DNA from: Planctomycetota bacterium
GTDB taxonomy: Bacteria > Planctomycetota > B15-G4 > SIAN01
Direction of reading: 5' to 3'
NCBI GenBank assembly: GCA_031409275.1
Contig: JANNXA010000033.1
Span: forward strand, 1-64,000
Length of the DNA stretch: 64,000 nucleotides
The position numbers and the translations under genes were made by a program. Below the pieces are notes generated by a model. It did no database searches and had not been told where the DNA came from. It worked only from the letters and a program-made list of their open reading frames with translations. This document shows positions 28,356-38,118 of this stretch, piece by piece; within the stretch, counting starts at the first letter, position 1, and each line of letters begins with the position of its first letter.

Positions 28356-29879
28356 ATGAACGTCTCGAGCTCGACCCCGCTCTCGTGGATGCGCGGACTC
28401 TTCTTCGGTGCTGTCCTCGCGTCGCCGGCCGCGGCGCAGGTGCACTACCACGCGGATGGCAATCCGTGGTCGCAGCGCGCCGGTTCGGGCCCCGACGCGG
28501 AGGTGCCCGGCTGGTACTACAACCTCGGGCTGACCGGTCTGCGCGTCGAGATCGTCGAGAGCGCGCCGACGCACCTGGTCGTGCGCCACGTCTTCGCGAC
28601 GTCACCGGCGCAGGGTCGCGTTCGCATCGGCGACCACATCGTCGGTGCCGGCGGCCGGCGCTTCGAGACGCCGCACCGCAACGGCTACGGCATGGCCGTG
28701 TTCGGGCCGAGCGGACCGCTGCTCGACTTCGCGAATGCGTTGGAGGCGTGCCAAAGCGAGGCGGGGGAGGGTCGGCTCGCACTCGACCTGTTGCGCGACG
28801 AGAAGAGCGTCGAGGTCTCGCTCGAGATCGGCCAGCGCTACGGAGCGTTCGCGCCAACCTTTCCGACCGATTGCAAGAAGAGCGATCGCATCCTCGGTGA
28901 GCTGCTCGCGTTCCTGCTGGCGGCTCAACGCAAGGACGGGTCGTTCGGCGATCCGGTTCACGACCTCTTCGCGCCGCTCGCGCTGCTGGCCAGCGGCCAG
29001 ACCGAGCACCTCGCCGCCGTCGAACGCAACGTCCGCTTACACGCGCGCACGACGAGCGCGCAGGACAAGGACTCGCTGATCAACTGGCGCTACATGACGG
29101 CGGCGATCGTGATGAGCGAGTACCAGCTCGCGACGGGAGAGTCGTGGGTGCTGCCGGAACTCGAGCAGGTGCGCGACTTCCTCATCTCGTCGCAGTACGT
29201 GTCGTTGGCGCAGGTGAACCCGAACGCCAAGAAGAGCCACCCCGACAGCTTCCCGACGAATGCGCAGCAGCAGCACGGCGGTTGGGGGCACAACTCGGGG
29301 TTCGAAGGCTACGGGCCGATCGCGATGTTGACCGGCGAGGGGGCGCTCGCCTTCGCGCTGATGCAGCGATGCGGTGTCGTTGTCGACCGTGAGCGCCACG
29401 AGGCCGCCTACGCATTCCTCGAGCGAGGCACCGGCAAGAACGGCTACCTGTGGTATGCGGACTCGGTGGCCGGCGATTCGGACTGGGCCGACATGGGGCG
29501 CACCGGCGCCGCTGGAATCGCCCACGCCCTCTGCCCGTGGCCGGGGGCGTCGCATCGAGCGCGTGCGCTGCAACACGCCGCCGTCATCGGTGCCCATCCC
29601 GAGAGCTTCCCCGACACGCACGGCTCACCGATCCTCGGCATGGGTTACGCGGCGTTGGCGGCCCACGTCGAACCCGCCAGCTTCCGTCGGCTGATGGATG
29701 CCAATCGCTGGTGGTTCGCGCTGTCGCAGTGCGGCGACGGCAGCTTCTACTACCAGCCCAATCGCGACAACGCGGGCTACGGCGCCGACTCGCGTCGGTC
29801 GGCCAGCGCAGTGACGGCGTTCATCCTCTCGATCCCGAAGAGCAACCTCATCGTCACCGGGCGACCCGACAAGCGCTGA
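28356..29879 (+). CDS. DUF6288-type secreted protein with PDZ-like N-terminus
   Basis: Signal peptide; YNLGLTGLR, SPAQGRVRIGDHIVG; GGWGH…GYG; DMGRTG. Confidence 0.75.
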   Translation: MNVSSSTPLSWMRGLFFGAVLASPAAAQVHYHADGNPWSQRAGSGPDAEVPGWYYNLGLTGLRVEIVESAPTHLVVRHVFATSPAQGRVRIGDHIVGAGGRRFETPHRNGYGMAVFGPSGPLLDFANALEACQSEAGEGRLALDLLRDEKSVEVSLEIGQRYGAFAPTFPTDCKKSDRILGELLAFLLAAQRKDGSFGDPVHDLFAPLALLASGQTEHLAAVERNVRLHARTTSAQDKDSLINWRYMTAAIVMSEYQLATGESWVLPELEQVRDFLISSQYVSLAQVNPNAKKSHPDSFPTNAQQQHGGWGHNSGFEGYGPIAMLTGEGALAFALMQRCGVVVDRERHEAAYAFLERGTGKNGYLWYADSVAGDSDWADMGRTGAAGIAHALCPWPGASHRARALQHAAVIGAHPESFPDTHGSPILGMGYAALAAHVEPASFRRLMDANRWWFALSQCGDGSFYYQPNRDNAGYGADSRRSASAVTAFILSIPKSNLIVTGRPDKR

Positions 29880-30074
29880 GACGCCCCCCTCGCGACGAAC
29901 CACGGCGCCGCGAGGGTCGATCGCGGGTTTTCCACCGCGGCACCTTCCGCTGTCGTTTGCCATTCTCTGAAGCGGGCGGTCCAAGCCCGGCTCGACCGCC
30001 ACGTTTTCGTGGCGATGAGAGCGGGAAGTCACCCGTCGGCGCCGTGTCGCGCTGGATCGGAGCAGGAGCAAGCG

Positions 30075-31628
30075 ATGGCGAACCGAAGTCGTGGAGTGTG
30101 GGGGCTGCTGCTGCTGGTGACGGCGCTGGCGCTGATCTGGCCGGCGGCCTGGGCGGCGCGGATGGCGAAGAGCGTCGCGTGCAACCTGCTCTGGGGCCAC
30201 AGCCCGTCGCCGGTCTGCCTGTGGCATGGCGAGCTGGTGAAAGAAGGGCTCGCGGTCGACAACCTCGAGCGGTCGTTCTCGGTCGGCTACGCCGACTTGA
30301 CCGGCTCCGGACCGCTGAAGGCGTTGCTGCAGGTGCGCGATCCGGCCGGCGGCTACCTCGGCAACGGGCTCTACCCCTCCAACCTGAACACTGCGTACTA
30401 CGCGGGGGTGTGGGTGCAGCCGTCGGGCACGGCGTGCTACACCATCGGCACCTACTTCACCGGCAACTCGGCGAACCCCAACAACCTGATCCTGTCGCGA
30501 TGGACGCCCGGCAGCAGCACGCCGTGGTCGACGCCGGTCAACGCGCAGACGGCCACCTTCACTCCCACCGCGCTCGGCTTGGGCGGGAACCGGACTTGGG
30601 GCTGTCGCGTGATCTGGGCGTCGGCGACCGACCTCTTCATCTCCGGCTGCAGCGACGTCGAGCTCTTCGTCGCGCGGGTCGACAAGGCGACGCTCTCCCT
30701 GGTGACGAGCTGGGGCTTCAGCGGCGTGCAGTCCTTCGGCTGCAACACGCCCAACGGCGTCCCGGTCCACGCGATTCCGGGTGCGCTCCTGGCGTTCAAT
30801 TTCTATCCGCAGGCGTTCATCGAGCTGGTGGGCAACAACCTCTTCCTCGGCGGCACGTTGATGAACGACCTGCCGGGCGCACCGATCGATTTCGACTTCG
30901 TGGTGGCCAAGTACAACGCGGCCAATGGCGCGTCGACGCCGTTTGGTGTGCAGTACAGCCGCGTGCTCGGCAACGACTACATGAAGGCGATGGCGGCGAC
31001 CGGTCAGGGGGTCTACACGGTGGGCACGCTCAACCCCTCGGGCAACCCGCAGATGCAGCTGCTGGCGTGGCAGCAGGACGGGACGCTGCGGCCCCCTTTC
31101 TGGACGCTCGGGACGACCCCGAGCCGTGGCAATGACGTCGAAGCGGAGGTGGTCGGCACCACGTGCCACATCTTCGTCGGCGGCTACAACCTCACGACCG
31201 GCGCGACGTGGAGCTTCACCCACGCCACGAACTACAACGCGCCGGTGACGCTGCCGGTGCAGTGGCGTGGCGGCGGCAGCGCGCCCAACCCGAAGCTCTA
31301 TGGACCGGGCGCGACAGTGATCGACGAGGTCTATGACATCGGACTCGGCAGCGGTCTCTTCGCCAACCACCTCTTCGCGGTCGGCGGCGTGCAGTTCGGC
31401 TTCGGCCAGTACGGGCAGCCGCTCCAGTGCATCGCGCCGAGCGGCGCGGTGATGTTCAGCAACAACCCGAGCCCGCTTGCCCCCGCGACCGATCACGCCC
31501 ACGCCGTCGTCTACAGCAGCGCGAGCCTCGGCACCGTCTACACCCACGGCACCGCGTTCGATCCGGGCGGCAGTTTCCTCCTCTGCCCGAACCACTTCGC
31601 CGCGCGGAGCAGTCGCTACAAGCCGTGA
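30075..31628 (+). CDS. Secreted hypothetical beta-rich (propeller-like) protein
   Basis: AGGAG RBS; signal peptide; DFVVAKYN, WGFSG motifs; rich in N/T/G/Y. Confidence 0.75.
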   Translation: MANRSRGVWGLLLLVTALALIWPAAWAARMAKSVACNLLWGHSPSPVCLWHGELVKEGLAVDNLERSFSVGYADLTGSGPLKALLQVRDPAGGYLGNGLYPSNLNTAYYAGVWVQPSGTACYTIGTYFTGNSANPNNLILSRWTPGSSTPWSTPVNAQTATFTPTALGLGGNRTWGCRVIWASATDLFISGCSDVELFVARVDKATLSLVTSWGFSGVQSFGCNTPNGVPVHAIPGALLAFNFYPQAFIELVGNNLFLGGTLMNDLPGAPIDFDFVVAKYNAANGASTPFGVQYSRVLGNDYMKAMAATGQGVYTVGTLNPSGNPQMQLLAWQQDGTLRPPFWTLGTTPSRGNDVEAEVVGTTCHIFVGGYNLTTGATWSFTHATNYNAPVTLPVQWRGGGSAPNPKLYGPGATVIDEVYDIGLGSGLFANHLFAVGGVQFGFGQYGQPLQCIAPSGAVMFSNNPSPLAPATDHAHAVVYSSASLGTVYTHGTAFDPGGSFLLCPNHFAARSSRYKP

Positions 31629-31964
31629 GGCGCGACCGCGGCGAGAGTCGAAGTGAGTTGATCAGGCGCCCGTACGGCTCGTGGGGCGATCCGCTGCCGA
31701 AGCGACCTCGACGTGGGATGCGCGTTCCAGCGGTCGTGGCGATCCGTCAAGTCAGGCCTTGACGCCTCATCGGATCGCGCTACTCCAAGTCGCCGAACCG
31801 ACCGATCGACCGCGCGGGAGGAGGCTCGATTCTCTTCGCTGAGGACGGGAAGGGGCCTCCACCAGGGGTATCCGCGGCGCTTTGAGCGCTGCGCAGGAGG
31901 GCAGGGCGATGCGGGATGAGAAGCGGGTGGGGCGGGCGAGGGGCGCTGTGACAAAGGGCGCGAG

Positions 31965-34900
31965 GTGCGGGTCAGGCGAGCCGCATCGCAGAGAGGGTGC
32001 GGGGGGGGGGCACATGAACTTGCTCCTGCATGCGCTCCAGAGAGTTGCCTGCAATCCGGCGAAGGAGTCGAACGCCGGCGGCTGATTCGCGGGCGGCGGC
32101 TGGCCACCACCGGATGGCTTCTGGGGTGCGTCATCGATGCACGCGGTCAGGTCGTCGAGAGCTATGCGGTGAACGACGGCGTCAACGCGGTCCACGACAA
32201 GGAGTTCGGCGAGTTCGCCGCGGACCTCGGCGGATCGATCGAGTTCTCGCGCTATGCGAATGCCAGTCACGCCTTCGCAAGCCTATGGGACCCGTGGGCG
32301 GCGGCGCACGGCTTGCCGAACTTCGAGCAGATGATGCGTCAAGGGTTGAACGATCTCGCGTGGCTCGATAGCGAACTCACCATGCCGCGCGGCACGCCTC
32401 CGGTCTCTTCGCCGTTTGGCAACTCGATCCTGCCGCTGTTTGGCACCGACGTGATCATCGATCCGCGCGCGGTGGACTCCATGTGCGCCCCGTTGGCACT
32501 TCCCATTGCGGGCGACGCCTGGTGGAACGAGCCTGGTGGCGGGAAGCGCAAGATTCTGTACTGGCCCTACATCATCAACGGTGGGGCGATGATGATCTGC
32601 ATGGGCGCCGACTCGGCGGGCAACCCGATCGCGGATCCTGACCCCGAGACCTCGCTCAGCACGTCGCGATCGTTGATGGTCTTCGCCTACTACAACCACC
32701 CGAGCGATTTCGGGACCAACCCCAACCGCTTCGACGACAACGACATCCGCCGGGAGTTCTCGAAGAGCTTCGATCTCGGCGCGCCCTTCCCCGAGGCGTG
32801 GTGCGCCTTCCCATCGAGTGGCGGCCAGTGGTTGGGTCCAAGCGAGCAGGCGATCGAGGCGGGCGACATCGTCCTCATTGTTCGCGAGAACTACGGGATG
32901 CAGATCGCGGCGTCGATCGCGCGAACGCACGAGGCGGTGCTCTTCACGAAGAACTACTGGGCGAACGGCCACATTCCGGGTCGAGACGGGCTCTCCTTCA
33001 CCCTCGACGGCGCCTACCCGCATGGTCGCTCGTTCGGGCAGGCGATGGCGATGTTCCTCTGCCTGGCGCAGCCGCAGCTCTACAAGGGCGCGGTCGATTG
33101 GATCACCAGCGACCTCGGGTTCGAACTCGGCGACTTCACGGAGCTTCAAGGCGATTTCAGCGCCGGACTCGATCGCTACGCGTTCAAGACCTCGACCAGC
33201 AACTTCTTCCCCGATATCTACGCGCTGGTCGATCAGCTCGGCTGTCGCTTCGACGAGCCGCTGCCCGGCGTGCAGCCATGGGACCTCGCGGCGTTTTCCA
33301 TGAACCGTCGGCCGGGAAGCATCTCGATGCCGATGGATGGGCACGCCGGTGAGCACGAGTTCCAATATCCAGGCTCCTGGAGCAAGGCCGACGCGACGCT
33401 CAACTCGAACATGGTGATGACCCCCATGCGCAACCGTGCGCATGAAGAGGCGCTTGGCGTCATCCCAGGGTTCAATGAGTATTCGATCTTCACCGGCCAC
33501 GAGTGGTACGACATCAAGCGGTCGGGCGCGACGGCCGGCACGCGCACGCCTGTGGTGCCGACGGCGACCGCGCCTGCGAAGCCTTATCCCGATCCCTACT
33601 CGCACACCCTGCGCCATGTCGATCCGCCGGGCGGGCCGATCTTCGGCTCGACGACAGCGATCAAGCAGCTGCTGACGAAGATCGACCTGCGCAATGGAAT
33701 GGACCAGCCAGGCGTCAATGGTGACTTCCTCGGCTCGGGCTACCGCAAACAGGCGAACACGGCAGGGTTGATGGCCATCGGCCAGGGCACCTGGCCGGGG
33801 TATCGCGACCAGATGCGGGTCGGCGATCTCGACAACGATGGAAGGATCGAGGTGGTGTTCGGGAACCTCGAAGGGTACGTGCATGTGCTCGAGTTCGCGG
33901 GCGATCGCAACCCGGCCGACCCCTATCGCCTGATCGACGAATGGCAGAGTCCTCGTCTTGGTCGCGCGGTCTTCGCGTGCGACGCTTTCTTCAATGCCAG
34001 TCTGGCGCAAATGTTCTTCGCGGATGGCCGCGGCCAGATCTGGCGAATCAACGCGACCGGCGCAGATACCTACGCCGTCCAGGGCGGTGCACCTCTTGCA
34101 TCCCCCGATCCGCCCGGCGCGGGCGGAAAGTGGCTCTACGACGGGTCGACGCCGCTCCTGCTGGTTGGCGACTTCGACGGCGCGAATGGTGCAACGCGCG
34201 AGATCTTGGTGCAGAACAAGTACTGGGATTGGTCATTGTTCTCGCTGAACGGGACACGCATTGGGACAACAGGTGCCAATTCAGGACGACTGGCGCGATC
34301 GACGCGGACCGCGGGGCCGACCGATGCGTTCCTCTACGAGGCCGATGGAGTTGACGCGTTTCGTGAAGTCTTGTTGTCGAGCACGAATGGGCTCGTCTGG
34401 AATTTGGATCGCAAGAACTTTGGCGGCAGTTGGTCCTGGGACAAACCAGTTTCGCGAGTCCTCCCCTTCCACAAGTGCACCTATTCCAAGGTCGTCCCCT
34501 GCAACTTCAGCGGGACCGCGAGCCCGCCGACTTATCTGCTGGCATTCACCAGCGATGCAGATCGCACGCTGGCGAGTGCCGGAGCGAGCGCTCACGTCAT
34601 CGAACTCTGGGACGTCACGATTCCGATCAGCCCGACCCTCGTCGCGCACACCGATTCGGCCGTCGAGTTTGACGAAAGCCTCTCCTTCGCCTGGATCCGC
34701 AAGCCAGGCACCAGCAGTTCGTTCTTCCGCTTCGCCATCGCCAATCGCACCCGCATCGAGACTCACTGGGTGACCCTTGGCACGCCGGGAGGCTCGACCA
34801 CCTCCTTCACGCCGTCCGGCTCCAAGTGGAAGGACATCGTGCCAGGACCCGACCCGTTGCTTGGTCCGATGCAGAGCCATCCGTGCATCACGGCGCTCGA

Positions 34901-36461
34901 CTATGCACTTCTGCAAACCGGTGCTGGAACGGGCGTCGGCGGGGCGCTGATCTACGCCGATTGCAGAGGGCGCATCTACGTTTGCAGCGCGGACAACGTC
35001 GATGCGCAAGACGGCCAGCTCGTCTCGCTGCGCAAGTCGGATGAGGAGCTCGCGGACTCGTTCGGGAATCTCCCAACGCCGCCGGGAACCGAGCCTCCGT
35101 ACGAAGCGGTGCCATGGCCATCGAATCGGACGCTGGCACAAGTTCCTGCGTGTGACTTCGTGCAAGGCGGGAACGGCCAAGGCGACCTCTATTTCGCGGA
35201 GTTCGCGCTGCCTGCCCTGAAGAACCCCGGCAATCGCTACCGGCTTGGCAAGATCGGCATCGGCAGTGGCGGCGTGAACGCCTGGACCCCCTACTTGCAG
35301 CGGGTCGAGAGCGGCTTGGAATGGGATGCGCTCAACCCTGGTTGGACACGGACGTTGCAGGTGGAGGATGTCGACGGCGATTCAGTTCTCGAGATCAGAG
35401 CCTTCACTGAAACCGGCGTCGCCTACTACGACGCAGATCACGTTGCCGTACGGGAGTTCCAGACCGCCTCCTTCGCGCCGAACTGGATGGCGGGAGGGGC
35501 GAAGCTGAGCGGCTTCACGCTGTTCAACAGCCTCAGGACTTTCGATGAGGTTTCGGTCTCCTTGACGCAGGGAGGTCGCGTTTTCGAGCGCGAGGCTGGG
35601 CGTCGCGCCGGCGACTACTGGTACCTCGGCACCTTCCAGCCCCCCGTCGACTCGAGTTGGCCGTTCGGGAACTTCAGCGCTGGCTCTGGGGCTTGGTGGT
35701 ACCCGCGGGTCGGCACCGTGATGGACGGGCAGATCGCCAGCAACCTGCAGTCGGCCCATTCACTGAGCCTCGGTACGTCGATGAAGGTGGCGCAGATCCG
35801 TCTGGAGTCGGGCAACAACGTGCCGCTCAAACCTCACCTGGTGGTCGGCACGACGGGTGGCTACGTCCACGTGATCCAGGCGACTGGCGCACCGCCGTTG
35901 CAGGGGGATACAGCCGGGCAGCGGGCGGCGACTCTGCGCTGCTTGTCGCCGTACATGGGCACCTACATCGTGGGCCTCGATGTCGGCAACCTCGATAGCG
36001 ACCCCGATGAAGAGATCGTGTGTGGCAACTGGATCGACCAGGGAACCTACGTCGACTGGGCTGCCGGGAACAGCGCCAAGAACCGTGCGAGCATTTCCAT
36101 CCTCGATCCGGTTCCAGGAGGTAGCGCCGCGATCATGAGCCGGACGATCTTGAATGGCGATGACCTGCTTGGCGCCGGCTTCGGCATCGGCTCGGGCGTC
36201 ACCGGAGTCAAAATCGATGACGTCAACGGCGATGGGACCAAGGAAATCTGGTGCAGCGACGCGGCGGGCTACCTCTACCTGTTCCAGAAAGACGCCTTCG
36301 GATGGCACTGCGTTTACCGTTCAGAAAGTTTCGGCAGCTATCCGGGCTTCTACAACAACCTGCATCCGATCAAGGGTCCCGCTGGCACGACGACGAAGCT
36401 GATCGTCCAGTCGCCGGGATACGCACTGCTCTTCTCGGTGCTGACTGGGAGTGTGCCATGA
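31965..36461 (+). CDS. Large secreted protein: alpha/beta-hydrolase-like module plus FG-GAP repeats (start uncertain)
   Basis: GRSFG elbow; GDLDNDGRIE, GDFDG, EDVDGD, GNLDSDPDEE, DDVNGDGTKE repeats; no clear start codon. Confidence 0.75.
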   Translation: MRVRRAASQRGCGGGAHELAPACAPESCLQSGEGVERRRLIRGRRLATTGWLLGCVIDARGQVVESYAVNDGVNAVHDKEFGEFAADLGGSIEFSRYANASHAFASLWDPWAAAHGLPNFEQMMRQGLNDLAWLDSELTMPRGTPPVSSPFGNSILPLFGTDVIIDPRAVDSMCAPLALPIAGDAWWNEPGGGKRKILYWPYIINGGAMMICMGADSAGNPIADPDPETSLSTSRSLMVFAYYNHPSDFGTNPNRFDDNDIRREFSKSFDLGAPFPEAWCAFPSSGGQWLGPSEQAIEAGDIVLIVRENYGMQIAASIARTHEAVLFTKNYWANGHIPGRDGLSFTLDGAYPHGRSFGQAMAMFLCLAQPQLYKGAVDWITSDLGFELGDFTELQGDFSAGLDRYAFKTSTSNFFPDIYALVDQLGCRFDEPLPGVQPWDLAAFSMNRRPGSISMPMDGHAGEHEFQYPGSWSKADATLNSNMVMTPMRNRAHEEALGVIPGFNEYSIFTGHEWYDIKRSGATAGTRTPVVPTATAPAKPYPDPYSHTLRHVDPPGGPIFGSTTAIKQLLTKIDLRNGMDQPGVNGDFLGSGYRKQANTAGLMAIGQGTWPGYRDQMRVGDLDNDGRIEVVFGNLEGYVHVLEFAGDRNPADPYRLIDEWQSPRLGRAVFACDAFFNASLAQMFFADGRGQIWRINATGADTYAVQGGAPLASPDPPGAGGKWLYDGSTPLLLVGDFDGANGATREILVQNKYWDWSLFSLNGTRIGTTGANSGRLARSTRTAGPTDAFLYEADGVDAFREVLLSSTNGLVWNLDRKNFGGSWSWDKPVSRVLPFHKCTYSKVVPCNFSGTASPPTYLLAFTSDADRTLASAGASAHVIELWDVTIPISPTLVAHTDSAVEFDESLSFAWIRKPGTSSSFFRFAIANRTRIETHWVTLGTPGGSTTSFTPSGSKWKDIVPGPDPLLGPMQSHPCITALDYALLQTGAGTGVGGALIYADCRGRIYVCSADNVDAQDGQLVSLRKSDEELADSFGNLPTPPGTEPPYEAVPWPSNRTLAQVPACDFVQGGNGQGDLYFAEFALPALKNPGNRYRLGKIGIGSGGVNAWTPYLQRVESGLEWDALNPGWTRTLQVEDVDGDSVLEIRAFTETGVAYYDADHVAVREFQTASFAPNWMAGGAKLSGFTLFNSLRTFDEVSVSLTQGGRVFEREAGRRAGDYWYLGTFQPPVDSSWPFGNFSAGSGAWWYPRVGTVMDGQIASNLQSAHSLSLGTSMKVAQIRLESGNNVPLKPHLVVGTTGGYVHVIQATGAPPLQGDTAGQRAATLRCLSPYMGTYIVGLDVGNLDSDPDEEIVCGNWIDQGTYVDWAAGNSAKNRASISILDPVPGGSAAIMSRTILNGDDLLGAGFGIGSGVTGVKIDDVNGDGTKEIWCSDAAGYLYLFQKDAFGWHCVYRSESFGSYPGFYNNLHPIKGPAGTTTKLIVQSPGYALLFSVLTGSVP
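32001..32010 (+). repeat. G10 homopolymer
   Basis: Ten consecutive G, followed by CAC ATG. Confidence 0.9.
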
Positions 36462-38047
36462 CGCGTCGACTTCTCGTTGCTCCGGCCAGGTTGCTGTGGC
36501 GCCATTGGCTCGAGGCGATTGCGCTTTCAATCGCAATGGCGATGAGCGCGCCATTGGCAGGCGCTCAGCAGACGCTCTGGTACGCCGATTCCGATGTTTC
36601 GATGGAGTTGTTTGGTTTCACAGACGTCGGGCCCGACATCGATGGAGATGGCGCGCCGGAGCTGCTTGTCACGAATCAAATCGAGAGCTGCGTCGGACCG
36701 GCTGACGGTGCGGTTCATCTGTTCTCGACGACTGGTGGCGAGCTGCAGAAGTGGTGCGGTGAAAGCGGCTGGGGGGCGCAAGCGATGTGGGTCGATGACA
36801 TCGACGGCCTTGGTGTCCAAGACTTCGTGGTGACATCGCCTGGTTGGTACGAGCCGACGAAGTGGGGTTGGGAAACTGGCCGTATCCAGCTGATGTCCTT
36901 CGAGACCGGTGCCGTCATTCGCGAGTGGCAAGGCACACAAACCCGCGGATCCTTCGGACAGATCGACATCCTGGAAGATGTCGATGGCGATGGGTTCCGT
37001 GATCTAATGGTTACGGCCTACGGATATGGAGCCAACGGCGAAGGGCAGATCTGGATTTACTCGCTCACCACCGGCTCCGAGATTCGCACTCATGTTGGGC
37101 CATTGCAGTATGCGAATCTTGGTGCTTGGTTCTCAGCGCTCCCTGACGTCGACGGCGACGGCGTTGGTGACTACGCCGCAAGCTGGAACACGATCGCAGC
37201 CCCCGGCTTGAAGGCGCGGGTCTTCTCTGGTGCCACCGGGAATGCGGTGGCGACCTTCGTCGGTACGGCACCCGAGCGACTCGGCCGCTCGTTTTCGACT
37301 TGCAGCGATGTTGACGGTGACGGTCTCCCCGAAGTGATGATGGGTGGCTGGACTGGCATCTCCCTGAAACCGGGCTTTGTCGAGGCGTGGTCGCCAAGGA
37401 GCGGCAACTTCCTCTGGCGCATCGACGGCACCACCGATGGGGAGACGTTTGGCTGGAGCGTGCTGGGTTTGCCCGACATCAACGGCGACGGATACGAGGA
37501 TCTCTTGATCAGCGCGATCGACGATCCACAGCGCGGGAAGCTGGCCGGTCGCGTCGATCTGATCTCCGGCCGCACGCGGCGCGCCTTGTTCCGCTTCTAT
37601 CCGCCGATCAAGGGAGTGGCGGAGTATGGCACCGTGTCCACACCCGGCGCCGACTTCAACGGTGACGGCTTCGTGGACCTCGTGATCGGCACACTCAACG
37701 GGGGGCGCAAGGAGTCGAAAGGAGGCCACGTCGCGATCTACGCCGGCAACGACCTCTGGCTGCAAGCCGAGTCGCCCGACCCTGCCGTTGGCGACACCGT
37801 CGTCGTCGACCTGCGCGGTGGCGAGCCGGGGCTGTTGGGTCTGGTCGCGTTGATCGACCTCGACGGCACGCCGCTCTTCGAGCCGCTCTTGCTCGCCCCG
37901 TTCGACGTCAACGGTGAACTGCAGCTCTGCGCCGACGTCGACTCCAGCGTCAGCGGCATGGAGTTCACGCTGATGGCCTACGCCCAGAACCGTGCCGGCC
38001 GTGGTCCGCTGATGGACGCCACGCCGTTCGTGGTGGTGGTGCAATGA
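36458..38047 (+). CDS. FG-GAP / integrin-alpha-like beta-propeller protein with shared C-terminal domain
   Basis: ATGA overlap; signal peptide; seven D-x-D/N-G-x-G repeats (DIDGDG, DIDGLG, DVDGDG x3, DINGDG, DFNGDG). Confidence 0.9.
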   Translation: MTRRLLVAPARLLWRHWLEAIALSIAMAMSAPLAGAQQTLWYADSDVSMELFGFTDVGPDIDGDGAPELLVTNQIESCVGPADGAVHLFSTTGGELQKWCGESGWGAQAMWVDDIDGLGVQDFVVTSPGWYEPTKWGWETGRIQLMSFETGAVIREWQGTQTRGSFGQIDILEDVDGDGFRDLMVTAYGYGANGEGQIWIYSLTTGSEIRTHVGPLQYANLGAWFSALPDVDGDGVGDYAASWNTIAAPGLKARVFSGATGNAVATFVGTAPERLGRSFSTCSDVDGDGLPEVMMGGWTGISLKPGFVEAWSPRSGNFLWRIDGTTDGETFGWSVLGLPDINGDGYEDLLISAIDDPQRGKLAGRVDLISGRTRRALFRFYPPIKGVAEYGTVSTPGADFNGDGFVDLVIGTLNGGRKESKGGHVAIYAGNDLWLQAESPDPAVGDTVVVDLRGGEPGLLGLVALIDLDGTPLFEPLLLAPFDVNGELQLCADVDSSVSGMEFTLMAYAQNRAGRGPLMDATPFVVVVQ

Positions 38048-38118
38048 CGGCGTTCCGTGCCGAGTTCCACGGCTCGATTCGAGATCGACATCAACCCACG
38101 GATTTCTTGGAGCTCTCC

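Noticed and set aside
32083..32085. TGA after MNLLLH… as selenocysteine or readthrough
   Set aside because: No redox motif, no convincing downstream hairpin, and readthrough would not join the long ORF frame.
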